From a virus (lineage: Duplodnaviria; Caudoviricetes): 64,000 nucleotides of DNA. Position numbers and translations under genes: made by a program. Below the pieces are notes generated by a model. It ran no database searches and was not told the origin of the DNA. It saw nothing but the letters and a program-made list of their open reading frames with translations. Of the stretch, positions 19,242-29,100 are shown in pieces. How positions within the stretch are numbered: the stretch's first letter is position 1; each line of letters starts with the position of its first letter. The stretch covers positions 1 through 64,000 of the IMG/VR virus record IMGVR_UViG_2522125155_000001; one strand, written 5' to 3'.

Positions 19242-19799
19242 ATGGCAACCACCACGTCCATCGGACACATCGCCACCGACCCGCTGAGGAACTTCAAGTT
19301 CGACGTGAACATCGCGCACCCGGGCTTCCCGGCGGGCTTCCTGAAGATGGGCTTCATGAACGTCTCGGGCCTGTCCCAGACGACCGAGGTCATCCCCTAC
19401 CGCGAGGGTGGCATGAACACCACCACGCAGAAGATGCCCGGGCAGACGGACTTCGCGCCGATCTCGCTCTCGCGCGGCGTCATCGTCGGGCCGCAGCCGG
19501 TCCTGCAGTGGGTGAAGCAGTTGTTCACCGTGCAGCAGGGCACCGGCACGCGCTCGGCGGGTCTCACGGACTTCCGCGCCACGCTGACGATCAACGTCAA
19601 GGACCACCCGGTCACGCGCGGCAAGGTGCCCGTCAAGGCCCAGTTCAAGGTCTACAACGCATGGCCGACGGCCGTCGCGTGGTCCGACCTCGACGCTGGC
19701 GCGAACGCGATCATGGTCAACCAGATCACGCTGGCCCACGAGGGCTTCGACCACGCTGTGGCGAAGGACTTGGGTGCCAATTCCGAGGCTCGCGTCTGA
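19242..19799 (+). CDS. Tail tube protein (T4 gp19-like)
   Basis: DPLRNFKF, YREGG, KMPG, YNAWP, LAHEG. Confidence 0.93.
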   Translation: MATTTSIGHIATDPLRNFKFDVNIAHPGFPAGFLKMGFMNVSGLSQTTEVIPYREGGMNTTTQKMPGQTDFAPISLSRGVIVGPQPVLQWVKQLFTVQQGTGTRSAGLTDFRATLTINVKDHPVTRGKVPVKAQFKVYNAWPTAVAWSDLDAGANAIMVNQITLAHEGFDHAVAKDLGANSEARV

Positions 19800-19850
19800 C
19801 AAGATCGTCAAGTAGATCCCACCATCTGATTCACATGAGGAGCATTACCC

Positions 19851-20675
19851 GTGACTGACATCCTGACAGAGACCGCCGAAGCGAACGCTGCCGTCGAGAA
19901 GTTCCTCCACTCCGGCGACGCCCCCGCCGCCCCGGTGCTGGAGTCCCCGGAGCCCGGATTCTTCCGGCTTCCCGGTGGCTTCACCCGGGGTGGCGCGGGC
20001 GCGGACGTCGTCTACGAGGCCGAGGTGCGCGAACTCACCGGTGCGGACGAGGAGTACCTCGACCGCGTCAAGCGTGGCAAGCCCGAGAAGTTCATGGACG
20101 CGCTCATCGAGCGTGGTCTCGTGAGCATCGGCGACGCCCCGGCCTCGAAGGACAACATCGGCCTCCTCCTCACCGGCGACGGCGAGAAGGTGCTGCTGGA
20201 GATCCGTCGGGCCACCTACGGCGACACGCTGGAGTGGGACGAACTCACCTGTCCGCACTGCGGTGAGCGCTTCGCCCTCACCCTGTCCATCGACGACATC
20301 CCGATGACGACGCTGGCCAAGAGCGAGGACCGCAACTTCGACGTGACGCTGCGCCGTGGAGGTGTGGCCCACTGCCACCTGCCGCGCATGGCGGACCTCC
20401 CGACGCTCCCGGCTGACGCCACGGACGCAGAGGCCAGCACCGCAATGCTCGCCAACGTCATCGACACCATCGAGGAGCGCGGCAACGTCACCTTCGTCGC
20501 CGGTGCCGCCGACGCCGTCCGGTCCCTCGGGCTGGCCGACCGCAAGGCCATCCTCACCGAACTGTCCAAGCGCCGCATCGGCCCTGACCTTCAGGCCGTC
20601 TCCTTCACGCACGACGTCTGCCAGAAGGAGGTCCCCTTCCCGCTCACGGCAGGGGACCTGTTTCCGGGACTGTGA
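19851..20675 (+). CDS. Tail assembly chaperone / baseplate hub assembly protein (T4 gp26-like)
   Basis: RELTGADEE, IRRATYG, CPHCG; lies between tube and tape measure. Confidence 0.75.
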   Translation: MTDILTETAEANAAVEKFLHSGDAPAAPVLESPEPGFFRLPGGFTRGGAGADVVYEAEVRELTGADEEYLDRVKRGKPEKFMDALIERGLVSIGDAPASKDNIGLLLTGDGEKVLLEIRRATYGDTLEWDELTCPHCGERFALTLSIDDIPMTTLAKSEDRNFDVTLRRGGVAHCHLPRMADLPTLPADATDAEASTAMLANVIDTIEERGNVTFVAGAADAVRSLGLADRKAILTELSKRRIGPDLQAVSFTHDVCQKEVPFPLTAGDLFPGL

Positions 20676-20835
20676 CGGAGGCCTCGCCTACTCCGAATAT
20701 GTAGCGATCATCACGCACAACCCGGCTTGGAAACTCGACGATGCACGCCGGTTGTCGGTCCGCGAAAGGCGCTTCTGGCGCAAGCGATTCCGCTACCAAA
20801 CCGCCGCCATCATCGACGCGAAAGAACACCGGTAA
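20662..20835 (+). CDS. Start-less chaperone extension, probably made by +1 frameshift
   Basis: +1 frame WKLDDARRLSVRERRFW resembles short second tail chaperones; no usable start codon. Confidence 0.5.
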   Translation, partial: FRDCDGGLAYSEYVAIITHNPAWKLDDARRLSVRERRFWRKRFRYQTAAIIDAKEHR

Positions 20836-23823
20836 ATGAGTGACATCGAAGGCCTGATCCGACGGCCGACTGAGCCCAGCCCCAGCAGCATCACCCCGCT
20901 GCTCGGAACGAACCGGCTGCAGTCGGCCGTCGATCACATGTCCAAGAGCGTGGACAAGGTCTCGGGCTGGTTGGACAAGGCGTCCGACCGGCTCGCGAAG
21001 ATGTCTGCCCCGACGGCCGGGATGGGCTCCGGCACGACGCTCAACGGCGGCAAGCAGAACGGTGGAGGCTCCTCCATCGGCGGCGTCCGCATGCTCGGTG
21101 CGGGGGCCTCCAACGGTGCGGCGTCGGGCACGCCGCACTCCTTCTTGGGGATGCCGTACCAGCAGAACATCCCCACCATGACGCAGCAGTACGGTGCGCC
21201 CACGCAGACCGGCGGCAAGAGCAACGGCGGTGCCGTCAACTGGCCCCGCTACGGTGCCGCGCTCGGTGGCGCGTGGGGTGCTGCCACGGTGCAGGCCGGG
21301 CTCGACCGCACCCAGTCCTTCGTCGCGAGCAACACCTCCGCGCAACTCATGACCCGCTCCGTCATCGGTGGGGACTGGCAGCGCCTGCGTACCGGCGTCG
21401 TGCACGACAACTGGACGGCGACCTCAGATCAGGACGCATTCGCCGGAGTGGCCAACCTGCGCGCCAGCGGCTTCACCTACGGCTCGCGGCAATGGAACAG
21501 CCAGATGTCGCAGGCCAAGAACTACTCGATGATGGACCCCACCGTCAGCGGTGCCGACGCCGGGGCGCGTATTGCTGCCCCCCAGCAGATCGCGACGACG
21601 AACTACCTCCTCGGCCGTGGCATCAACACGCGCGGGAAGACCGGCATGGCCGTCGCCGACCAGATGGTCGACAAGTTCATCAAGAGCAACAAGTCGTGGT
21701 CCCAGAAGGACTACGACTCGCTCTGGGGTGCGCAGGGCGGCGCGCGGCTCGCCACCAACCAGATCGCCAAGGTCGACCCCAACGCGGCGGCGCTCTTCCA
21801 AGACCGCCTGCAGGGCACGATGCAGGCCCAGATGCACGGCATGACCAAGGAGGCCTACCGCAGCGCCATCGACAGCGGCAACTGGGACGCCTTGAAGCAG
21901 TACGGGTTCTCCGAGACCGACCTGAACAAGACGAAGGAGAAGGCTGCCCGCCAGCGCAACATCGACGACAACATGGCTGGCGGCTTCTCGACCGGACTCA
22001 ACAACGCCGTGGACGCCATCGGCGCGTTCCAAGAGGCACTGGAGAAGGTCACCGACGGCCCCCTCGGCGCGATGGCCGGATACGGGCACGGCTGGGCAGG
22101 CTCCTCGGGCCTGCTCGGCTCCGCCACCCACATCGGCGGCTCCATGGCGGGCGGCTACTTCGGCGGCAAGATGGCCTCCTCCCTCGCCAAGAACGGCGTC
22201 AAGGGCACCGCGATCAACGCTGCCTCCTCCGGCGCGGGTGCCGTGGCCAAGGGCGCGAGCGGCGTCGCCAGCGTGGCTGGCAAGGCCGGGAAGTTCATGA
22301 AGGGCGTGCCCCTGCTCGGGCTCGGTATCGACGCCGCCACGACGGCCTTCCAAGGCGACGAGCGCGACCGGCGCAAGCAGAACGCCATGAGCCACGGCTG
22401 GGGCGACGGCATGGCCACCTACATGTCGTGGCGCGACACCTTCGCCAGCAACCTCACCTTCGGCCTCTACGGCGGCGCACCGGACACGCAGGACCCCTCC
22501 AGCGGCGGCTCCGCAGGCGAGCGCTACGGCATGTTCGGCACCGGCGGCGAGAAGGGCGGGCAGGCCGTCAAGCCCGTCGGCAACGCTCCCATCACGGCAC
22601 CCTTCGGCCGCTACAAGAAGAGCGGCAAGGCTCACTACGGCATCGACTTCGGCGTGCCCTCGGGCACCCCCGTGCGCGCCAACCGCTCCGGCAAGGTCGT
22701 CGTCGCAGGCTGGTCCAACACCGGCTTCGGCAACCACGTCCGGATCGACATCGGCGACGGCACCATCGAGATCTACGGCCACCTCTCGCAGTTGAACGTG
22801 CGGGTCGGCCAGACGATCAAGGCTGGCGACGTCATCGGCAAGTCCGGCTCCAGCGGCAACTCGACCGGCCCCCACCTCCACTTCGAGGTCCGCAAGGGTG
22901 GTGGTGGCACGGGCAACGCCGTCGACCCCTCCTCCTACCTGAAGGGCGCAGACAACCCCGCACCGGTGTCGGCCGACGCAGGCAGTGGCTCCTCTGTGGG
23001 CTCCGCAGGCAAGGGTGCCGACGGCCTCGGCTCGGCCCGGTCGATGACCGCCAGCCCGTGGGGCGTCGGCGAGGGCCAGATCGTCTCTGGGGCGCTCGGG
23101 TCGCTAGTCGGCTCCATGCGGTCCGGCTCCAGCGGAGAGGGCGACAGTGGCGCAGCAGACGCGCCCTCCAGCCCTGCCACGGCTGCCTCCGGCCAGTTCC
23201 GGGACGTCCTCGCCCGGGCGGGCTTCAAGGGCACCTCCCTCGGCATGGCCTACGCCATCATGATGGCCGAGTCCGGTGGCAACGCCCACGCGCACAACAC
23301 CAACAAGGCCACCGGCGACAACTCCTACGGCCTCTTCCAGATCAACATGCTCGGTGGCATGGGCCCCGAGCGCCGGTCGAAGTTCCACCTCGCGAACAAC
23401 GACGCGCTCTTCGACCCGCTGACGAACGCCAAGGTCGCCTACGACATGTCCAAGGGCGGCAGCGACTGGCACGACTGGAGCACCTACAAGCGCGGCGACT
23501 ACAAGAAGTACCTTGGGGGACAGCAGAAGTCGTACGACGTGGGCTCCACGAACATCGACGTCGATCAGGTCGCTCGGGTCCACAAGGGCGAGATGATCCT
23601 CGACCCCGTCACCGCCGACGAGATGCGCAAGGCGCTCTCCTCCAACCGCCCCACCGACCTCTTCGGCTCGAAGGGCGGCAAGGGCGGAGGCATCCGGATC
23701 GACAACCTCACGATCCAGACGGCCCACCAGTTCACCGACAGCGCGGCAACCGACCTCGCGAAGCAGTTCCTGAGCATCGTCAACAACCACGACGAGGTCA
23801 GCACCATCATGGGAGGCAACTGA
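20836..23823 (+). CDS. Tape measure protein with M23 peptidase and lytic transglycosylase domains
   Basis: HYGIDF...YGHL...GPHLHFE (M23); MAESGG...GLFQIN (SLT/lysozyme-like). Confidence 0.9.
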   Translation: MSDIEGLIRRPTEPSPSSITPLLGTNRLQSAVDHMSKSVDKVSGWLDKASDRLAKMSAPTAGMGSGTTLNGGKQNGGGSSIGGVRMLGAGASNGAASGTPHSFLGMPYQQNIPTMTQQYGAPTQTGGKSNGGAVNWPRYGAALGGAWGAATVQAGLDRTQSFVASNTSAQLMTRSVIGGDWQRLRTGVVHDNWTATSDQDAFAGVANLRASGFTYGSRQWNSQMSQAKNYSMMDPTVSGADAGARIAAPQQIATTNYLLGRGINTRGKTGMAVADQMVDKFIKSNKSWSQKDYDSLWGAQGGARLATNQIAKVDPNAAALFQDRLQGTMQAQMHGMTKEAYRSAIDSGNWDALKQYGFSETDLNKTKEKAARQRNIDDNMAGGFSTGLNNAVDAIGAFQEALEKVTDGPLGAMAGYGHGWAGSSGLLGSATHIGGSMAGGYFGGKMASSLAKNGVKGTAINAASSGAGAVAKGASGVASVAGKAGKFMKGVPLLGLGIDAATTAFQGDERDRRKQNAMSHGWGDGMATYMSWRDTFASNLTFGLYGGAPDTQDPSSGGSAGERYGMFGTGGEKGGQAVKPVGNAPITAPFGRYKKSGKAHYGIDFGVPSGTPVRANRSGKVVVAGWSNTGFGNHVRIDIGDGTIEIYGHLSQLNVRVGQTIKAGDVIGKSGSSGNSTGPHLHFEVRKGGGGTGNAVDPSSYLKGADNPAPVSADAGSGSSVGSAGKGADGLGSARSMTASPWGVGEGQIVSGALGSLVGSMRSGSSGEGDSGAADAPSSPATAASGQFRDVLARAGFKGTSLGMAYAIMMAESGGNAHAHNTNKATGDNSYGLFQINMLGGMGPERRSKFHLANNDALFDPLTNAKVAYDMSKGGSDWHDWSTYKRGDYKKYLGGQQKSYDVGSTNIDVDQVARVHKGEMILDPVTADEMRKALSSNRPTDLFGSKGGKGGGIRIDNLTIQTAHQFTDSAATDLAKQFLSIVNNHDEVSTIMGGN

Positions 23824-24722
23824 TGTCCGTATTCCTCAACGGAGGCGGCAACCAGAAGCCCGGCGTCGGCAGCGGCGGCGGGGGCTGGACGTACGTCACC
23901 TCGAAGACGTCGTCGGGCGCGAAGAGCACGGCCACCACGGGGTTCATCAGCAACCCTCCGTTCGACTCCCGCACGGGATCGCGCGGGGCCGTCGACTCCA
24001 CCGGCAAGTTCATCCAGTCGAGCCGTGAGAAGTTGAAGCGCGGCTACATCATCACGGACAAGCCGAGCAGCCTCGGGAAGCGCTACCTGCTCAACTTCCA
24101 GTACAACCCCACGTCCTTCTCGCACTCCGCGAGCCTGCAGACTGACATGTCCGCCCTCGGTGTCGACACCAACGGCAAGGACGTCGACTGGGCCTCGTTC
24201 ATGGCCAGCACCGGCCAGTCGGTGGACTTCTCCCTGCTCTTCGACCGCACCTACGAGACGTGGATCTACAACAAGGACAAGCCCGCTTCCGCGCAGGGTG
24301 TGCTCGCCGACATCAAGACGCTCTACGCCATGCTCGGGCTGTACTACACCTCCGACGCATCGGGCGGCGGGGGCGCGACGGGCGACCCGCTCTCCATCGC
24401 CACGCTGTCCCCGACCGGCGTCCTTCAGGCGACCCCCGTGTGGGTCTCGTTCGGTCCCCTCATGCAGTTCTACGGGATGATCGGGGGGGTCAACGTCACC
24501 TTCACCCACTTCACGCAGAAGATGACCCCGGTCCGCGCTGCCGTCAACCTGAGCCTGACCGTGCTCCCGCGCTCGGAGGACTCGCCCACCCAGAAGGCGA
24601 CCAAGACGATCAACAACGTGTTCAACGCGGCCAGCGCCTTCGACACCGCCGACTACGCGCGGCAGCGGCACAACGACCAGATGCTGCAGCGCTCCAGCAT
24701 GAAGACTGCGTGGATCGCCTGA
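23823..24722 (+). CDS. Baseplate tube-initiation protein
   Basis: FQYNP, LLFDRT, TPVRA pattern of contractile-system tube proteins. Confidence 0.7.
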   Translation: MSVFLNGGGNQKPGVGSGGGGWTYVTSKTSSGAKSTATTGFISNPPFDSRTGSRGAVDSTGKFIQSSREKLKRGYIITDKPSSLGKRYLLNFQYNPTSFSHSASLQTDMSALGVDTNGKDVDWASFMASTGQSVDFSLLFDRTYETWIYNKDKPASAQGVLADIKTLYAMLGLYYTSDASGGGGATGDPLSIATLSPTGVLQATPVWVSFGPLMQFYGMIGGVNVTFTHFTQKMTPVRAAVNLSLTVLPRSEDSPTQKATKTINNVFNAASAFDTADYARQRHNDQMLQRSSMKTAWIA

Positions 24723-25000
24723 TGATCGGACCTCTCTCCCGGTACGCCGACTCCACTGTGTCGCTGACGGATTCGCCCGAGCGCGGATCGGTCCTCACGG
24801 TCATGCCTCGTCGCCCCAGCACTCGCGTCTTCAACTACACCTCGATCTACTTGGAGGACGGTGACCGCCTCGACCTCATCGCCGAGCGCCTCTACGGCGA
24901 TGGCGCACTGTGGTGGAAGATCGCCGACGCCAACCCCGAGATCCTCGACTGGTCCGACGTGCCCGCAGGCACCCTGCTGAGGCTCCCCAGTGACTACTGA
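24722..25000 (+). CDS. LysM/tail X baseplate protein
   Basis: GDRLDLIAERLYGDGALWWKIADAN...GTLLRLP. Confidence 0.85.
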   Translation: MIGPLSRYADSTVSLTDSPERGSVLTVMPRRPSTRVFNYTSIYLEDGDRLDLIAERLYGDGALWWKIADANPEILDWSDVPAGTLLRLPSDY

Positions 25001-26141
25001 GCGCTCCGTATCCGTCTACTTCAACGGTGTCCGGTCGACCTCCCCGGTCGTCCGCTACGAGACGCACGCCGCGTTCGGGAAGCACTCGGTCAACGTCCTC
25101 GACCTTCGCACCGGCTCGGCGCGGATCGCCTTCCCCGAGTGGACCCCCGTCGTCGTCGACCTGCGCGTGGGAGCCACCATGGACCGCTGGTACGGCTACG
25201 TGCACCACTACGGCGAGGTCGACGACACCCGCGCCTCCGACGTGTCGAACCAGAACACCCGGTACACCCTCATCGGCACCAGCCTGCCACTGAACGAACA
25301 GCGCACGCGCTCGTGGAAGAACATGACCCGCTCCGGTGTCGTGCGCGAGGTCGCCCGGGCCCACAAGTTCCGCACCATGGTGCAGCGCGACGGCGAGATC
25401 CTGCCCTTCATCGCGCAGGCAGGCAACAGCGACATGGCCCTCCTACAGCAGATGGCGGACGAGTCTGGCTACCGCCTCTGGGTGGATGGCTCCACGCTGC
25501 GCTTCATCGACCCCGACACCCTGCTCACCGGCGTACGCACCCTCGACATCCGCTCGTTCAACAAGGGCGGCGGACCCGGCACTCCCGACGGGATCATCTC
25601 GTGGAGCACCAAGGCGGGCAGCATGGTCCCGCGCGCCACGGGCAGCGCTGGGGCACAGAGCGTTTACGGGCTCGACCGGCGAACCGGCACGGTTGTCGGT
25701 GCAGCCGTCGACCAGACCCCCTCGGGACTGCCGAGCCTCACCAAGATCGACACCAACAGCGTCGTGACAGGCACCGGTCAGGCCGTCTCGCGCGCGTCCG
25801 CCAACAGCAAGAAGGCCCGCGCGTGGGTCACGGCCAAGGCCATCGTCGTCTGCAGCCCCGGGGTCAAGCCGGGAGACGTCATCGAGGTCGCGGGCGACCG
25901 CATCAAGCCCTACGAGCGCGGCCTGTGGCTCGTCACCGGCGTCAGCCACCGCGTCCTCAACGACGGCTCGGCCGCTGGCTTCGAGTACCTCACGACGCTC
26001 GATCTGGAGCGCGACGGCATCTACTCCCCGTCCTTCAACGCGGCCTTCAGGACAATTAACACGCGTGATCTGGTTGCGGCGAGAATCAGAGATGGCTATC
26101 GCTGGGAAGCCGAAGTGATGGAGGACGTTCGAGTTGGCTAA
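24990..26141 (+). CDS. Baseplate hub (GpD/gp27-like)
   Basis: QAGNSDMALLQQMA, GLWLVTGVSH motifs. Confidence 0.8.
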   Translation: MTTERSVSVYFNGVRSTSPVVRYETHAAFGKHSVNVLDLRTGSARIAFPEWTPVVVDLRVGATMDRWYGYVHHYGEVDDTRASDVSNQNTRYTLIGTSLPLNEQRTRSWKNMTRSGVVREVARAHKFRTMVQRDGEILPFIAQAGNSDMALLQQMADESGYRLWVDGSTLRFIDPDTLLTGVRTLDIRSFNKGGGPGTPDGIISWSTKAGSMVPRATGSAGAQSVYGLDRRTGTVVGAAVDQTPSGLPSLTKIDTNSVVTGTGQAVSRASANSKKARAWVTAKAIVVCSPGVKPGDVIEVAGDRIKPYERGLWLVTGVSHRVLNDGSAAGFEYLTTLDLERDGIYSPSFNAAFRTINTRDLVAARIRDGYRWEAEVMEDVRVG

Positions 26142-29100
26142 GTTCGATTCCACGTACCGGGGCCTCGTGGTCCGCACCAACGACCCGCAGGCATCCGCCC
26201 GCATCGTTCTGCGGATCCCGCAGGTCCTCGGTACCGCCGAGAGCGCATGGGCTCGCCCCTCCGCGTTCGCCTCCGGCGTGCCCAACGTCGGTGACACCGT
26301 CTACGTCACCTTCGAGGGCGGGGACCTCGCGCAGCCCGTCTACACCCCACAGACGACCATCGACTCCACCACGACGCCGATCCCGAAGCCGCCGACGGCA
26401 CTCGACCTGACCCCGGCCACCGTCGTCACGGCCGAGGGAGTCACGCTCGTCAACCTCTCGGCCGTCTGGGTAGCCCCGACGGAGAACCAAGACGGGTCCG
26501 TCCCCGTGCACCTCGCGGGCTACGTCGTCTACCTCTCGACCGACGGCGTCACCTACGACTCCGGCGACTACGTCGACAGCGCCTCGTGGATCCGCCGGGC
26601 CCTCCTGCCCGGGCGCACGTACTTCGTGCGTGTGGCAGCGGTCAACGAGATGCTCCAGCGCTCCGCCACCACCTCGGCCGCGCAGGTCACCGTCGCGGCT
26701 GCCACGCCGCCCAGCGACTCCGTCCTCGGCCAGCAGAGCACCACGCTCACCAACATCCAGACCACCCTCACGACGCAGGCCGGGCAACTCGACGGCAAGG
26801 CAGCGGTCTACGTGCAGGACACCCAGCCGCACGACTCCAACGACCCCAAGGACAAGGGCGACGTCTGGATCGACACGGCCAACAACCGCGTCATCAAGAC
26901 CTACAACGGCAGCGACTGGATCCTGTCCGACGACACCCGCCTCGCGCAGGCCGTCACCGACATCACCTCGAAGATCACGACCTTCTACGCGGTGGCGGCA
27001 TCCGCACCCACCGCGACCGCCATCGGCGACCTGTGGATCATCACCGACCAGAACAACAAGATCAAGCGGGCCAGCGCGGTCGGCGCAGCCAACTGGGTCG
27101 ACGTGACGCCGAAGTACAACACCGCCGACCTCATCGACTGGCAGAGCATCAACACCGGCATTCAGGGCAAGATCGACGGCAAGGCCGAGACGTACGTCCA
27201 GAGCGGCGACCCCTCCGCCGGTGCGACCCCGGCGTGGGGCACCGAGCACGCGGGCGACATCTGGATCAACAACGGCGTCACGCCACGCGTCATCAAGACG
27301 TGGGTCGACGGCACCACGAAGTGGATCGAAGCGGATTCCCGTGTGGCACAGGCCGTTACGGACATCACCAAGAAGACCACGACGTACTACACGACGACCG
27401 GCACGCCCACCGTTCCCACCGGTGGCTTCACCGAGGGCGACCTCTGGGTCGACAACGGCGTCGTCCCGCAGCAGATCAAGCGCTGGACCTCCGGTGCATG
27501 GGCCGTCCTCGACGTCGTGTCCTCGACTTACCTGCAGTCGCGCGCGACGAACATCATCACCAATGGCTCCGGCCTGCTCGGCAACAACACGAACTTCAGC
27601 ACGGGGTTCACCTTCGACAAGACCGACGCGCCTACAGGTGCCATAGGTGCCTTCAAGACTGCCCTCGGGAGTAACGCGTCGCTCAACACCGACGAGTTCA
27701 TCACGGTCGACCCGACGAAGCGCTGGCAGATGTCCCTTCAGGCCAAGCAGAAGGGTTCCTCGACCACTGCTACCTGCTACGGCGCGGCGTTGCCCTACGA
27801 CTCGGTCAAGGGAATCATCGGCCCCAACAACTACATGTTCATCGCAGGCACGACCACGACGCTTGCAGCCCCGCTCAACCCGGGTGACACGACGATCACC
27901 CTGACGTCGTCGGCGAACTGGTACGGCACCTCGGGCAAGCCTGCAGGCACGAACACCTACAACCGAGCCATCATCTTCTGGGACTACACCGACACCCTCG
28001 GCAAGGCGTGGGGCACGGAGACCTTCAGTCGTAACGTCACGGCCTTCGACATGTGGGCCGATGGTGGCATCACCGGCAACGTCATCACTCTGCGGACCCC
28101 GTGGGCGGGCACTACCAAGCCCTCCGGAACCAGCCTGTCCAACGCGACGTCCGGCGGTTCGTACATCTACATGACCGGTTTCGCGAACACCGTTGTCCCG
28201 CAGACGTGGACGACGTTCTCCTCGACGATCACGGGTGTCGTCTCCGGCGGCGCGGGGGCGTCCTTCGCCGCCGGATGGCCTCCGGGAACCGCCTACGCGA
28301 AGTTGGGCTTCTTGCCCAACCGCGTCTTGGCCACGGGCTCAGCGGACCCCAACTCCCAGATGTCCTTCGGGCTCATCTCCTTCTCCGATGCTGCTGCCGC
28401 ATCGGCCGACGCGGCTGCGGCCGACCAGAAGGCCGTGCTGGCCCAGCAGTCGGCCAACGGCAAGAGCACCAGCAAGTACTCGCCGAACGCCCCGGCTGCC
28501 ACGGACGCCAACGTCCTCGGCGACATCTGGTTCCAGCAGGACAGCAACGGCAACGTAATCGGTCAGTGGCTCGGCGGTGGCGGGACGGGCCCGAGTTCCT
28601 ACCTGTGGAACCAGACGCAGATCTCCAGCGATGTGATCGCCAACCTCGACGTCGGCAAGTTGGTGGCTGGCAAGATGAACGCGAACATCGTCGTCTCCGG
28701 CGAGTTCGCAACGGACGACCCCGGCAAGCAGCGCACGGTGATGGGCAGCGACGGCATCCAGCAGATCGCTGCCAACGGCGCGATCCTCACCGACCTTCCC
28801 AACGACCCGAACAAGATGGCCCGCTTCAGCGGCATCATCAACGCCTTCGGCGTGACGGTCAACGACGGCCTCGAACTCCGAGGCACCGGCAACACCTTCG
28901 CCATGGCCTCCGTCACGTCGCTGGCCTCCGTCACCGGAGCCTCCGCAACTGCTGCAGGCTTCACCGTCGACTGGGAGCGCTACGACGCTGGGCTCTCCGG
29001 TCCGCAGGGGATCTACGCCACTGCGGGGTTCCATCAGGAGGTCGACGCGGCGGGGGCATTCGCGGCCTTCGGCTTCTACGGCTACGGCAAGGTCATCACG

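Noticed and set aside
21273-23822. N-terminal part of the 1149-aa ORF
   Set aside because: Arg-rich alternate frame of the tape measure gene; only 23823-24722 looks real
26790-27500. Repeats in the fibre gene as DGR template/variable repeats
   Set aside because: These are protein-level repeats; no reverse transcriptase or adenine-specific mismatch pattern was seen
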